Assembly (NCBI GenBank): GCA_024206165.1
Contig: JAAGZN010000600.1
Coordinates: forward strand, 1-57,697
Length of the DNA: 57,697 nt
Direction: 5' to 3'
DNA from: Bacteroidota bacterium
Lineage (GTDB): Bacteria > Bacteroidota > Bacteroidia > Cytophagales > Amoebophilaceae
Position 1 is the stretch's first letter, and each line of letters begins with the position of its first letter. Under the pieces are notes generated by a model, which was not told the DNA's origin, did no database searches, and saw nothing but the letters and a program-made list of their open reading frames with translations. Of the stretch, positions 1 through 9,211 are shown piece by piece. The position numbers and the translations under genes were made by a program.

Positions 1-368
1 ATATTAGACATATAATTTGTATCATATGCTGCATCTATACAAAAACTAGCTGTCTCTGCTGATATAAGATGTCCAGAGTCATAGCCTTTTTTATAATAAT
101 CTGTTACTTTTGCTGTGTTTAATTCTTTGTCTTGTCTGAAATTTTTAAATCTACGTAATTTGGCATATTTAGTCTCAAAATGATTGATTTTATAATAAAC
201 ACAATGTGGGATTTTAGCTTTACTATTGTAATAAACTGTGAAATGACTATATTCTTTTTTAATAATATTAGAATCGAATATTTTAGGCTTGAAGTCACTG
301 GCAAATAAGCAACTAAAAATCAAAATAGAAATTATTAAGACTAAATAAATTTTATTTTTTATAAACAT
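1..368 (-). CDS. Secreted DNA/RNA non-specific endonuclease-like protein, N-terminal 122 codons (gene continues past the left edge)
   Basis: Hand-translated ORF absent from the track (no stop inside the window). ATG at 368-366; MFIKNKIYLVLIISILIFSCLFA is signal-like. IPHCVYYKINHFETKYAKLRRFKNFRQDKELNTAKVTDYYKKGYDSGHLISAE fits the R..F..D...DY..GYD(R)GHL active-site stretch of the Endonuclease_NS family, with S in place of R. Track ORF 119..304 is an out-of-frame shadow. Confidence 0.55.
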   Translation of the reverse strand, partial: MFIKNKIYLVLIISILIFSCLFASDFKPKIFDSNIIKKEYSHFTVYYNSKAKIPHCVYYKINHFETKYAKLRRFKNFRQDKELNTAKVTDYYKKGYDSGHLISAETASFCIDAAYDTNYMSN

Positions 369-384
369 TTTGATCCCTTAGATT

Positions 385-627
385 CTAATACAAAATATTT
401 TCTATTTTAACTTTAAAAGCATCCGCTATTTTTTCAATAGTTTGAATAGTTGGGTGCATTGCTGCTCCTTGTTCAAGTTTTGTAATAGCGTTATAAGATA
501 GTTTTGCTTTTTCTGCTAATTTCTGTTGAGACCAGCCTTGTTGTTTTCTTAATTTTTTTATATTAGAAGCTATTTTGAGTTGTTTCATTTTTTTTAAAAA
601 TTTCTTTTTTATTTTTGAACTTATCAC
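385..627 (-). CDS. XRE-family helix-turn-helix transcriptional regulator
   Basis: 80 aa; IKKLRKQQGWSQQKLAEKAKLSYNAITKLEQG is a canonical Cro/C1-type HTH signature. Confidence 0.85.
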   Translation of the reverse strand: MISSKIKKKFLKKMKQLKIASNIKKLRKQQGWSQQKLAEKAKLSYNAITKLEQGAAMHPTIQTIEKIADAFKVKIENILY

Positions 628-646
628 AACTTGTGACCAGTTTAAG

Positions 647-1342
647 TTATTTTATCGCACCATAAACTGTTCCGGCGTAATATTTCCACACTACATCAAC
701 ATTTTTGAAGCCGATTTCTTTAAGCCAAGTGATATGTTTATCTAAACTAACAGGAATATCGGACCTATTGCGTATTTTAATATATTCTTTTATTTCTTCA
801 TCTTTAAGCTGCATTTGCATAAATTCGATCCATTGAGTTAAATACATTTTTTCTAAATATGCTGTTGCTCCTTTTGTTACATCTGCATTATAGAAAACTC
901 CATCTTTTTTTAGAGCAGCATATATTTTTTGATAAAATTGTTTTTTATTTTCATCTGTTTCAAGATGATGTAAAGCTAAAGACGAAATTATTAAGTCAAA
1001 TTTACCTGTAAACTTCAATTTATCAAAATCTTTTAAAATATAAGTAATATCGGAATATTTATTTAGTTTTGTTTTTGCTGCTTTCAGCATATTTTCGGAC
1101 ATATCCACACAAGTTATTTTAGATGAAGGAAATTTTTGTTTTAAAAGTAAAGTTACATTCCCAGTTCCGCAACCTAATTCGCAAATTTTTAAGGATTTTT
1201 TACTTTCAAAAGGAATAGCATTAATAAGAGCATCAAGCATATCTAAATAAAAAGGGATAATTTTAGACATTTGTTTATCATAGTTTTTAGCTTGATCATT
1301 AAATGTATCTTGAATCATTTGTGTTCTTTCAAAATTATTCAT
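647..1342 (-). CDS. Class I SAM-dependent methyltransferase
   Basis: 231 aa; motif I ICELGCGTGNVTLLL; post-I acidic residue CVDMS; LIISSLALHHL. 4-nt overlap with the upstream gene. Confidence 0.8.
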   Translation of the reverse strand: MNNFERTQMIQDTFNDQAKNYDKQMSKIIPFYLDMLDALINAIPFESKKSLKICELGCGTGNVTLLLKQKFPSSKITCVDMSENMLKAAKTKLNKYSDITYILKDFDKLKFTGKFDLIISSLALHHLETDENKKQFYQKIYAALKKDGVFYNADVTKGATAYLEKMYLTQWIEFMQMQLKDEEIKEYIKIRNRSDIPVSLDKHITWLKEIGFKNVDVVWKYYAGTVYGAIK

Positions 1343-1821
1343 AATGATGATTTCCTTTCTGGTAATTGATTAAATTCAATTATATTGCCTTCTGGATCTT
1401 TCATGTAGACAAACTGAAAGCCTTTAAAACAAGCAGGCTCATTTACTGAAATAGGTTCAGATATAAAGGAAACGTTTTTGCTTTTAAGCTCTTCATATGT
1501 TTCTTTTAAATTTTCAACGACAATGGCAATATGTCTATATCCTGGGTGACTGGCAATGTATTCTTCTGATTTTTTTTCTATATTTTTTTCAAATTCAAAT
1601 AACTCTAATTCTATATCACTATTAGGTATCATCAAATGAGCACCTTTCGCTTTTGCTTTTTGTAGTCCAATTCCTTTTCTAATGTCTTCTGATTCTATAA
1701 TGTAACGGTCTCTTAATTTGAAACCAAGAATATTAGTATAGAAATCGATTATATTTTCTATATCTTTGACTACTAAGGCTATATGTCTAAGTCGTTTGTA
1801 TTTAATCATTTTTGTTCCCAC
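1339..1821 (-). CDS. VOC family protein (glyoxalase / bleomycin resistance / dioxygenase fold)
   Basis: 160 aa with two beta-alpha-beta-beta-beta half-domains: LRHIALVVKDIENIIDFYTNILGF and GYRHIAIVVENLKETYEELK; C-terminal DPEGNIIEF. Confidence 0.75.
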   Translation of the reverse strand: MGTKMIKYKRLRHIALVVKDIENIIDFYTNILGFKLRDRYIIESEDIRKGIGLQKAKAKGAHLMIPNSDIELELFEFEKNIEKKSEEYIASHPGYRHIAIVVENLKETYEELKSKNVSFISEPISVNEPACFKGFQFVYMKDPEGNIIEFNQLPERKSSL

Positions 1822-2099
1822 TCTGTTATTTCTTTATTAATAAAATAAGATACAATATTTTTAAAAAGTTCTTCAATGAAATTAGGGTTTAGTCCATTTT
1901 GTTTTGCTAAGGCTCTTCTTTTTTTTAGCATGCCTGTTACTCTATTTTTTGCTTTTACATCTTGTTTATCTTTTTTAAACTTTGCAGCATTTTTAACATA
2001 TAGATAACGCTTGCCTATAAGAGCTATTATTTCTTTATCTATTTTATCTATTGCTTTTCTTATTTCTGTTATATTTTCACATTTATTTGGTTCTTTCAT
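1806..2099 (-). CDS. AroQ-class chorismate mutase / isochorismate-pyruvate lyase-like protein
   Basis: 97 aa all-helical; ITEIRKAIDKIDKEIIALIGKRYLYVKNAAKFK matches the CM_2 N-terminal helix pattern (R..ID.iD..l..Ll.kR...). Confidence 0.7.
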   Translation of the reverse strand: MKEPNKCENITEIRKAIDKIDKEIIALIGKRYLYVKNAAKFKKDKQDVKAKNRVTGMLKKRRALAKQNGLNPNFIEELFKNIVSYFINKEITEWEQK

Positions 2100-2554
2100 T
2101 AAAATATCCTGCTTTTTTCTAAATACACCATTTTAATGTTATTTATTAATTCCGTTTTGAAAATTCTGTAGTCTATTTTTTCGTATAAATGAATATTTTT
2201 TAAACTTCTTGCTCCAGTAAAAAGCTCATATTTTGTAGCTTTATTAAAAATATTTTCAATTTCCTGCATAAGTTTTGTTCCAATGCCTTGGTTTTTATAA
2301 TCAGGATGAACTATTAATCGTTCTATATAACAAATATTCTTATTTTCATAAGCCTTAACTGAACCAATAATTTGGTTGTTTACGACAGCTTTTAAAACAG
2401 TTTTGTCTTGTATCTCCTTTTTGATTTCACTGGTAGTTTGTTTTAAAGGAGCAATATCCCAGTCAGTATAAATTTCTGCTTCACTTTGAAATGCCAGTAT
2501 TTGTAAATTTAATATTTTATTAGCATCTTCTATTTGAGCTTTGTCTATTATCAT
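2099..2554 (-). CDS. GNAT family N-acetyltransferase
   Basis: 151 aa; acetyl-CoA binding motif A: IERLIVHPDYKNQGIGTKLMQEIE. Confidence 0.85.
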   Translation of the reverse strand: MIIDKAQIEDANKILNLQILAFQSEAEIYTDWDIAPLKQTTSEIKKEIQDKTVLKAVVNNQIIGSVKAYENKNICYIERLIVHPDYKNQGIGTKLMQEIENIFNKATKYELFTGARSLKNIHLYEKIDYRIFKTELINNIKMVYLEKSRIF

Positions 2555-2622
2555 TTTTTAAATACGCCTACTTTATTAAGAGAATAATTTTTTAATTGCG
2601 AAATCATTGATTTCGTTTTGTT

Positions 2623-2659
2623 AAAACAAAAATAACAGACAGTGTCTGTTGTATTTTTT
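2623..2659 (-). terminator. Intrinsic terminator after gene 2709..3416 (bidirectional shape)
   Basis: Hairpin AACAGAC-agt-GTCTGTT at 2634-2650 with an A-run on one side and a T-run on the other. On the minus strand it reads stem then TATTTTTGTTTT. Confidence 0.5.
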
Positions 2660-2708
2660 GCAATAGTTAATGTTTCAATTTGGCAATCAGTGATTGCCAT
2701 TTTCATAT

Positions 2709-3416
2709 TTAACTTAATTTTATCACCATTATTTCATTGCCACCTTTGACAAATTCATAGTGTGATTTTTCTATTAGGAGTTCTTTTACCTTTATATCAG
2801 GATCGTTTAATATTTTGGATACAAAAGATGATTTTTTATATTCTAAATTCACCAGAGGGAAAATTCTAATTTCTTTTGATGTTATCCTAATTAATTCTAA
2901 AATACTTTGTTTATGAACCTCATAATCTAAATGGGCATCATACATAAACAATAGATGAGAAACTAAAGAAATACTAAAAGTATTGTTTTTAAAAGTTGTT
3001 TGTGGCAGTGTTTCAGTTGTATATTTTCCATATTCATTATACTTAAAATCTTTAATGAATAATTCATATGTCTTTTTTCGATAATTTTTTAATTCTTCAA
3101 TGTTAGCAAAAAATTTCCAAATGTATTGATTTTTAACATTTTCTAGTTTAGAACAAATAATATCTAAGTCGACTTTACATTTTTCTTCTAGTTTTTTGAC
3201 ATCAAGACTATATATTTTATCTGAACTAATGATATTGTAACCAATTTTGTTAGCTTCAACTCCAAAAGAGCTAATACCTGCTCCCATATCTAATATTTTT
3301 TCTTTTTCTAGGTTTAATTCACATAAATTGAACATTTGATTATATTCTTCAAATCTACGACCTACCAAGATTATATCATCTAATTTTAAATTTTTATTCA
3401 TATGTTTTTCCGCCAA
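2709..3416 (-). CDS. SAM-dependent methyltransferase (putative)
   Basis: 235 aa; ILDMGAGISSFGVEA glycine-rich motif I. The track start is TTG at 3416; a more likely start is ATG at 3401 (MNKNLKLDD). Confidence 0.55.
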   Translation of the reverse strand: MAEKHMNKNLKLDDIILVGRRFEEYNQMFNLCELNLEKEKILDMGAGISSFGVEANKIGYNIISSDKIYSLDVKKLEEKCKVDLDIICSKLENVKNQYIWKFFANIEELKNYRKKTYELFIKDFKYNEYGKYTTETLPQTTFKNNTFSISLVSHLLFMYDAHLDYEVHKQSILELIRITSKEIRIFPLVNLEYKKSSFVSKILNDPDIKVKELLIEKSHYEFVKGGNEIMVIKLS

Positions 3417-3458
3417 TGCGCCAAGTTTATCTCTAAGTATTCGCCAAGTTCGCCAACT
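3411..3458. repeat. Four CGCCAA (minus strand TTGGCG) direct repeats just upstream of the methyltransferase start
   Basis: cgccaa at 3411-3416, 3419-3424, 3442-3447 and 3451-3456, as two closely spaced pairs. GC-rich islands in a very AT-rich spacer. Confidence 0.4.
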
Positions 3459-3547
3459 ATTTTGAGTAAAGTGATCCTAATATTTTTAAAATTGTGCCTA
3501 AATTGCCCAATCAAAGGTCCTATATGCCCCTTAAAATGCATCTTATG

Positions 3548-4783
3548 TCACTTTGAACTATATGCTATTTTAGCATCTAAAGATGGAGCATAAATTTTTG
3601 TAGAGCCTTGTTTTTCAAAGAAAACTAAATTAGACTTTAATAATTTTTTTAAGCATTTAGAGGTATAAGGTAAACTACGTGATACTTTTTGGCTTAAATT
3701 ATTTACGGTTATTTTTTTTGAATTAACAATTTCGTTTAATATAGCTTCTTCACTTGTTGTTAATTGATGATTTTTAATACGATCTCTTGCGAAATTTTTA
3801 ATATGTTCTTCCGCTAAATGTAACCCTATTTTATCCGTTACTCCTCCAAAATAGATATTTCTTAAAAGTTTTGATATTAAATTAAAAATATATCTTAACC
3901 TTCCCTCCGTCACTTCATAAAGATATTCCAAAACTTCGTTATCTAACGGCATTATATATTTTTTATTTTTAGAATTTGTAGAAAAATACTGCATTCTCAC
4001 ATCAACGAGCGACAAAAAATCTTTTTTATTTAAAGGCATAATGTTTTCTTCATGACTTATAATATCATCTAATCTATCCACTCTACTAGCAACAAAGGAA
4101 CGAATACCAATATCTCCTACAAAAATCCATGAAGTATTTTTGATTTGAAGATAATCTCTAACAGAATTAAACAGATATAATAAATATTTTTCTTCATGGA
4201 CAATTCCTATATCTAAATTATTAAATTGGATTAATATGCCATTTTTATAACCTAATTTTACAACTAAATTAGCCAAATCTTCTATATGATGTCCTAATGC
4301 TACAGAAGATATAAGACTAGGTTGAGTTATTGTTTTATTTTGGCTATAACTGCCGCCTATACCAAATACGGATATACCAAAAGAATTAAAGGCTTCACTC
4401 ATTCTATTAGATAATGCTTTTGCTTTTAAAAATATTTCATTTTTTTTTATTTTGTCCGGATGCATCATTTCAAGTTCACGAACTATATTTATAATAACAG
4501 CACTTAGCAAAGTTTCTAGTGTCCAGTTTTGTTCAATTCTAATTTCACATCTAGGAGTTAAATAGTTCTTTTTTATTTGGGATTTGAAGCGGAGATAGTT
4601 TGCAAAAGATGTTGTGCCAACACCTCTAGCTCCTTCCACAATTATATTAATATTGCTTTCATCAAATAAATTATTACAGCGTTTAATTTGCTCTTTATGG
4701 CCAACAAATAGTTTTAGCGTTTCTAAGTTTATGGGGTCAGTTTCAAAAGGATTTTTATTGCATCCTAAAGTTTGCCAATCCAT
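3548..4783 (-). CDS. P-loop NTPase (AAA/ORC-like) with C-terminal winged-helix DNA-binding domain
   Basis: 411 aa. N-terminus NPFETDP...LFVGHKEQI...IIVEGARGVGTTSFANYL carries a Walker A; ILIQFNNLD is Walker B-like. C-terminal EEAILNEIVNSKKITVNNLSQKVSRSLPYTSKCLKKLLKSNLVFFEKQG resembles a MarR-type wHTH. Confidence 0.55.
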   Translation of the reverse strand: MDWQTLGCNKNPFETDPINLETLKLFVGHKEQIKRCNNLFDESNINIIVEGARGVGTTSFANYLRFKSQIKKNYLTPRCEIRIEQNWTLETLLSAVIINIVRELEMMHPDKIKKNEIFLKAKALSNRMSEAFNSFGISVFGIGGSYSQNKTITQPSLISSVALGHHIEDLANLVVKLGYKNGILIQFNNLDIGIVHEEKYLLYLFNSVRDYLQIKNTSWIFVGDIGIRSFVASRVDRLDDIISHEENIMPLNKKDFLSLVDVRMQYFSTNSKNKKYIMPLDNEVLEYLYEVTEGRLRYIFNLISKLLRNIYFGGVTDKIGLHLAEEHIKNFARDRIKNHQLTTSEEAILNEIVNSKKITVNNLSQKVSRSLPYTSKCLKKLLKSNLVFFEKQGSTKIYAPSLDAKIAYSSK

Positions 4784-4803
4784 CTCAACCTCCTTTGAGT
4801 TTA

Positions 4804-4872
4804 TTTAACATAATATAAGAATTTTATGTTAAATAGTCAACACTTAATGTAAAAATGTTAAGTCATGTTAAA
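4804..4872. promoter_or_regulatory. ATGTTAA(A) repeat cluster (candidate operator) upstream of the ATPase gene
   Basis: Perfect 10-bp inverted repeat TTTAACATAA (4804-4813) / TTATGTTAAA (4824-4833), plus direct copies ATGTTAA (4855-4861) and ATGTTAAA (4865-4872), 20-90 bp upstream of the start at 4783. Confidence 0.45.
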
Positions 4873-4943
4873 CAAGAATCGTAAAAAATATTTTGAATGA
4901 TCGCAATAAAACAGATTTGATCTAAATAATGATCTAAATAATT

Positions 4944-5156
4944 TTACCATGAAGATGAGCTTTTTTGTTTATTAATAGTAGCTTCTAAAGACTTTATTTT
5001 ATTTTCTAAAGCATCCAAAGTATTATTATGCAGTTTCACCTCAATAGAATTATAGGTTTTACAATATCTGCACTTTTTAATAACTTTTCCATCAACTAAT
5101 TCTATTTCCATTAAAGTTTTGTGGCATTTTCCGCACTTATATTCTTTTAAACTCAT
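4944..5156 (-). CDS. Mu Com-like zinc-ribbon protein
   Basis: 70 aa; two CxxC pairs in YKCGKCHKTLMEIELVDGKVIKKCRYCKTYNSIEV, as in the phage Mu Com translational activator; short coiled-coil tail. Confidence 0.5.
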   Translation of the reverse strand: MSLKEYKCGKCHKTLMEIELVDGKVIKKCRYCKTYNSIEVKLHNNTLDALENKIKSLEATINKQKSSSSW

Positions 5157-5506
5157 GTATTTACCTCTGCATATGGTTTGATTTCTATTTCTATAAAATC
5201 TTTACTGCTTGGTATTTTTTTAAGTGACAATTCCATAATAAACCTATCATCATTTATAATATTCATCTTTGTAAGAATATCTAACAAAGGCTTTGTAGGG
5301 TTGTCCACGTCATCTGATTTCCAATTTTTTAAATACCAGTTACATTTCACTAATAATAAGCCATTGAATTTTTTTATTTTCTTTTTTTGTGTAAGCAATA
5401 AATAACCTATATCTTTTGTATACTGTTTATATTCCTCCGTTTTAAAACGACGCCCAGTATATGCTTTATTTATTGATAAAGGTTTTATGTCAAATGCTAA
5501 TTTCAT
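5153..5506 (-). CDS. rusA: RusA-family Holliday junction resolvase
   Basis: KPLSINKAY...KSDDVDNPTKPLLDILTKMNIINDDRFIMEL matches the RusA catalytic D.DN..K...D.L......DD pattern. Start placed at ATG 5506 (MKLAFDIKPLS), forming an ATGA overlap with the MuF-like stop; the track start 5545 is probably too far upstream. Confidence 0.7.
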   Translation of the reverse strand: MKLAFDIKPLSINKAYTGRRFKTEEYKQYTKDIGYLLLTQKKKIKKFNGLLLVKCNWYLKNWKSDDVDNPTKPLLDILTKMNIINDDRFIMELSLKKIPSSKDFIEIEIKPYAEVNT

Positions 5507-6363
5507 AATAAATCCTGTAAATATGGCTCGGCAGAACAACGACATTGATAATCTTCGCCTGGATGTCCTGTAGAAAATGGCGGTTCATCCCATGAAAAAA
5601 TTTGACCATTATTTATATTATGACTTGGTCTTACTCTGTTATCATTTGAATCTCGCCAAACATATTTAGTTACCCCTAATCCTCGTTGTCTTAAATTATT
5701 AAGACTTCCATTAAATTTTGACATTTGATCTCTTGCTATTAAATCCGCTCTTTTTCGTGTTGTGTTAAATTTAGAACGTATTTCTTTGCTTATTACTGGA
5801 CCTGTTAAACCGCTTCTTGCACCTCTAAATACTATTTCTTCTATTTGATAGAAATATTGTTCAGGTATAGATTTTATTAGTCTAACATTACTTTCAACAA
5901 AACCTTTAATTTCATCATTTAACCAAGGTTCATTTAAAAAAATATCAAGACCTATCATTGTAGAAAGAGTGCGTTTTAATTGTTTGCCTTGAAAAGCAAC
6001 AGTTGTCGTCCCTATTTTTAAAGCGATATCTTCCATATCTCGTTCTGTATAAGCATTATTAAATTCAAAACGTAATTTTTCCATATTTTCTACTATATCA
6101 TCAGCATAAGCATCTTTTCTTTTAGGTCTTAAAAAATTTGCTTCTTCTAATATCGCTGGAATAACAGGTATTAATATGCTTTTTGTTTTTTGTTTTAAAA
6201 TATCAACCACTCTATTAAGCTCACGCATATATTCTCGTTCTATTGTCAAAGGAAACAACATTTTAGGAGCTTTGCGTAACTTAAAAGGACGGTTGCCTAT
6301 CAGTAGCTTTTTGTACTCAATAATATCCTTAATATGTGTTTTCCTATTGATATAAAATGGCAT
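5503..6363 (-). CDS. Phage head morphogenesis protein (Mu F / SPP1 gp7 family)
   Basis: 286 aa; C-terminal VWRDSNDNRVRPSHNINNGQIFSWDEPP...GHPGEDYQCRCSAEP is the Phage_Mu_F signature. Confidence 0.85.
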   Translation of the reverse strand: MPFYINRKTHIKDIIEYKKLLIGNRPFKLRKAPKMLFPLTIEREYMRELNRVVDILKQKTKSILIPVIPAILEEANFLRPKRKDAYADDIVENMEKLRFEFNNAYTERDMEDIALKIGTTTVAFQGKQLKRTLSTMIGLDIFLNEPWLNDEIKGFVESNVRLIKSIPEQYFYQIEEIVFRGARSGLTGPVISKEIRSKFNTTRKRADLIARDQMSKFNGSLNNLRQRGLGVTKYVWRDSNDNRVRPSHNINNGQIFSWDEPPFSTGHPGEDYQCRCSAEPYLQDLL

Positions 6364-7748
6364 TAATCAGTCTCCTCTTCTTTTGCTTTTTGTTCTAAAT
6401 CTAGGTCTTTCTGCCGCAGCCTTGTTTTATTATCCACCTTTGTCTCGATAGAATATTCTTCTCCTTCAAATCTTGAGGCTGTTATTTCTTGAGGGTCAAT
6501 TACTCCATTTCCAATATATAAATTATCTGTTTCTGCTTGTATTTTTCTTATTTCAACAATTTCTTTATCATCCATTTGCCATAATGGATTAAATTTGATA
6601 TTCCAATCCTCAAGTTCTTTGCCTTTTGTAATGCCTTTGCGAGAGAGCATATAAATTTTTATAATTTGTTCTATAGGTTCTCTAATGATCGCTTCTTGAT
6701 GAGAAGCAACTGTATCATAATAATCTCTATTTTCACTTTCTCCTTTGCCTGACATCCCACCTGTAGGGCTATCACCAAGAATTATGGTATGAGGCAAACC
6801 AGTAGCACTGACAAGTCTATTTTCAATAACATCAAGTAGTTTATCTAATCCTGAAACATTAATAGTGTCTCTTTTATATTCTTCGTCTTGATCTATGATA
6901 AAAGATCTTAAAGAACTTTTTTGCATATCAAAAGCAAGTAATCTATTAAGTACCTTTTCACTTTCACCAGAAGCCAGCATATCGGATATATCTTTAAGTT
7001 TAAGCATTCCTAATGTAAATTCTTGTACTATGGTTGGAAGTGTATCATGAGCAAGATTAAAGTTTCTTAGTACATTATATAAGCGAGATAATATAGAATC
7101 ATGCCAATATCCATTTTTTATAAATCCTTCAATGGATAATTCACTACCATTAAATCTTATTAAGCGTGTATAATGGATCTCTCTACTACCTTTTTCATCT
7201 ACTCTTTCCCCCTTAAGCCTATATAATTCAGGTAGGCCAAAATTTTTACTTTTAGCGTCTTTAGTAATACTGTTTTTTACTGCTTCTAATTCATATTTTG
7301 TTAATACTGTAAGAGCATTAAGACTTTGAATGTTGTTATAATTTAGTTCTTGATCGGTATTTTCTCCATCACTTGTGCTAAGTAAGATTGCAGAACCACC
7401 ATACAATCTTGCCCATCTCCACGCTTCGTGTATCTTTTTTAAGAACCCTATATCTTTCAAAACTTTTTTTATGTCTTGTGCTTGTGCCATATCTTTTGCC
7501 ATAATTTCAAAGCCTTTGCGTATCCCATCATACGGAAGAATATCAACGACTTTTTTTGCTATGTCATCACCATCATATAACTCACTTACATCTTCTTTTG
7601 TAAGTATAGTGGCACTTAATATTGCTCCTGTTCGTTTATCTTTACCAGCTTCACCTAGCCCTGTTAATACATTTTTCCAACCATCATAAATAGTTACTAT
7701 TTTTTTTTTTATTGTCATTTTTAAAAGTCCTCCTAAAACTAAAACCAC
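6363..7748 (-). CDS. Phage portal protein (DUF1073-type)
   Basis: 461 aa between TerL and the MuF-like gene. N-terminal YDGWKNVLTGLGEAGKDKR is typical of DUF1073 portals; acidic C-terminus. The start may be the internal MTIKKK (7718). Confidence 0.75.
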   Translation of the reverse strand: MVLVLGGLLKMTIKKKIVTIYDGWKNVLTGLGEAGKDKRTGAILSATILTKEDVSELYDGDDIAKKVVDILPYDGIRKGFEIMAKDMAQAQDIKKVLKDIGFLKKIHEAWRWARLYGGSAILLSTSDGENTDQELNYNNIQSLNALTVLTKYELEAVKNSITKDAKSKNFGLPELYRLKGERVDEKGSREIHYTRLIRFNGSELSIEGFIKNGYWHDSILSRLYNVLRNFNLAHDTLPTIVQEFTLGMLKLKDISDMLASGESEKVLNRLLAFDMQKSSLRSFIIDQDEEYKRDTINVSGLDKLLDVIENRLVSATGLPHTIILGDSPTGGMSGKGESENRDYYDTVASHQEAIIREPIEQIIKIYMLSRKGITKGKELEDWNIKFNPLWQMDDKEIVEIRKIQAETDNLYIGNGVIDPQEITASRFEGEEYSIETKVDNKTRLRQKDLDLEQKAKEEETD

Positions 7749-9211
7749 CCCATAGAATCTAAGGTGTTTGATTTTTTCTCATCAGCCCATATCAGAGCTT
7801 GACTTATTGAATCTACTATATCGTCATGTACACCATTCGGAAATTTAGCACATTCATCAATTACACTTTCCACATCAAATGTGGCTATCTGTTTTACTGG
7901 TACAAATACATTTCCTGCTTCAAGCTGTGGCGTTATTCTATGGGCTCGCTCAATTTTGCTATTCGTACCGGGATTATAAGCTAATATCCCAGTAATTTTT
8001 TTCTTTAAAAGTTCTATAATAGCTGTACCATTTGCTTTATCTTCAATCAAAGAACGTTTTAATTTAGGGAATCGTTCCCTATGTGCAAGCACTGCTTTTA
8101 TTGACTCTACAAAGCCCATTCTTTTGCGTGTCATATGTAATAAATAGCAGTTTGCTCCAATTCTTCCCCATACAGTTCCTACAACATAATCAGAAGTATG
8201 CAGGTCTTTAAAAGTCATATCCCAGCTATCAAATATGTCTTCAAATTCTTTTGGCCGAACATTATAATATTGCCAATATGCCTTTTTTAAAACACCGCCT
8301 TCTTCTGGGCTGGGTTGCTGTAATATTTGTCCTGCATAACCAAAAGAACCAAGCCTACTTTTAAGTTTTTGTAAGCTATCTTTTGGAAATCTTGCAGGAA
8401 ATAACAACCCATCTTGATAATTTTTTTCAAGACTTTTAGGGTATACTTCTGCATTTTCTAATTCGCCAGGTAAACATATGTATCTATAGTTATTTTTTTC
8501 ATTTTGTAGTAAATATCCTGTTAAATCGTCTTCATGCAGTCTTTGCATAATAATCAAAAAAAGCCCTATTTTTTCTTCATTTAAACGAGTAGAAAGCGTT
8601 TGAGTGAAGAAATCTATAGCATTTTTTCTTTCTACTTCTGATACAGCTTTTTTAGGGTTTATAGGGTCATCACAAAATATGATATTGCCCCCAGTACCAG
8701 TTAATGTGCCTCCAGTGGATGTTGCTCGTCTAAAACCATTATGTGTATTTTCAAATTTACCTTTAGTATTTTGATCGGTTGTAAGGATTACTTTGTTGCC
8801 CCAATAGTTTGTATACCAATCAGATTCTATAAGCCTTCTGCATTTAACATTATGTTCTATCGCCAAATCAGAACTATAACTAGTACCTATAAACTGCATA
8901 CTTGGCATAGGTATCCAACTCCATGCAGGCCAACAGATACTTACTATAAAACTTTTCAAAGAACGTGGTGGAACATTTATGATGATATCTTTTTCTTTTG
9001 GGATTCTGTTTTTAATCCGTTCCGTTTCTTCTTGTAAAATGTCGCAAATGTACTTGATATGCCAATTATCAACCATTTTCTGTTTGTTGTGGCAAACCTC
9101 AAAGGCGTCTTGTACAAATTCATGAAAACTCCTCTCAACTACGAATTTGCGTATCTTGTGAAAAATATCCAGCCTTTTTGAGCTTAGATTCAATATCTCT
9201 GAGTTCTGCAT
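7739..9211 (-). CDS. terL: Terminase large subunit
   Basis: 490 aa; ATPase part NVPPRSLKSFIVS / IIFCDDPINP; C-terminal nuclease motif GVHDDIVDSISQAL. GAGGAAG SD 8 nt before the ATG; overlaps terS by 77 nt. Confidence 0.85.
   Translation of the reverse strand: MQNSEILNLSSKRLDIFHKIRKFVVERSFHEFVQDAFEVCHNKQKMVDNWHIKYICDILQEETERIKNRIPKEKDIIINVPPRSLKSFIVSICWPAWSWIPMPSMQFIGTSYSSDLAIEHNVKCRRLIESDWYTNYWGNKVILTTDQNTKGKFENTHNGFRRATSTGGTLTGTGGNIIFCDDPINPKKAVSEVERKNAIDFFTQTLSTRLNEEKIGLFLIIMQRLHEDDLTGYLLQNEKNNYRYICLPGELENAEVYPKSLEKNYQDGLLFPARFPKDSLQKLKSRLGSFGYAGQILQQPSPEEGGVLKKAYWQYYNVRPKEFEDIFDSWDMTFKDLHTSDYVVGTVWGRIGANCYLLHMTRKRMGFVESIKAVLAHRERFPKLKRSLIEDKANGTAIIELLKKKITGILAYNPGTNSKIERAHRITPQLEAGNVFVPVKQIATFDVESVIDECAKFPNGVHDDIVDSISQALIWADEKKSNTLDSMGWF

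Noticed and set aside
119-304. Minus-strand 61-aa track ORF.
   Set aside because: It is out of frame with, and fully inside, the longer edge-truncated ORF (1..368), which has a signal peptide and a nuclease active-site motif.
2607-2699. Two further short hairpins in the 2555-2708 spacer: CGAAATC-att-GATTTCG at 2599-2615, and TGGCAATC-agt-GATTGCCA at 2681-2699.
   Set aside because: On the minus (gene) strand neither is followed by a U-tract, so I did not call them terminators. They may be repeats or protein-binding sites, but I have no support.
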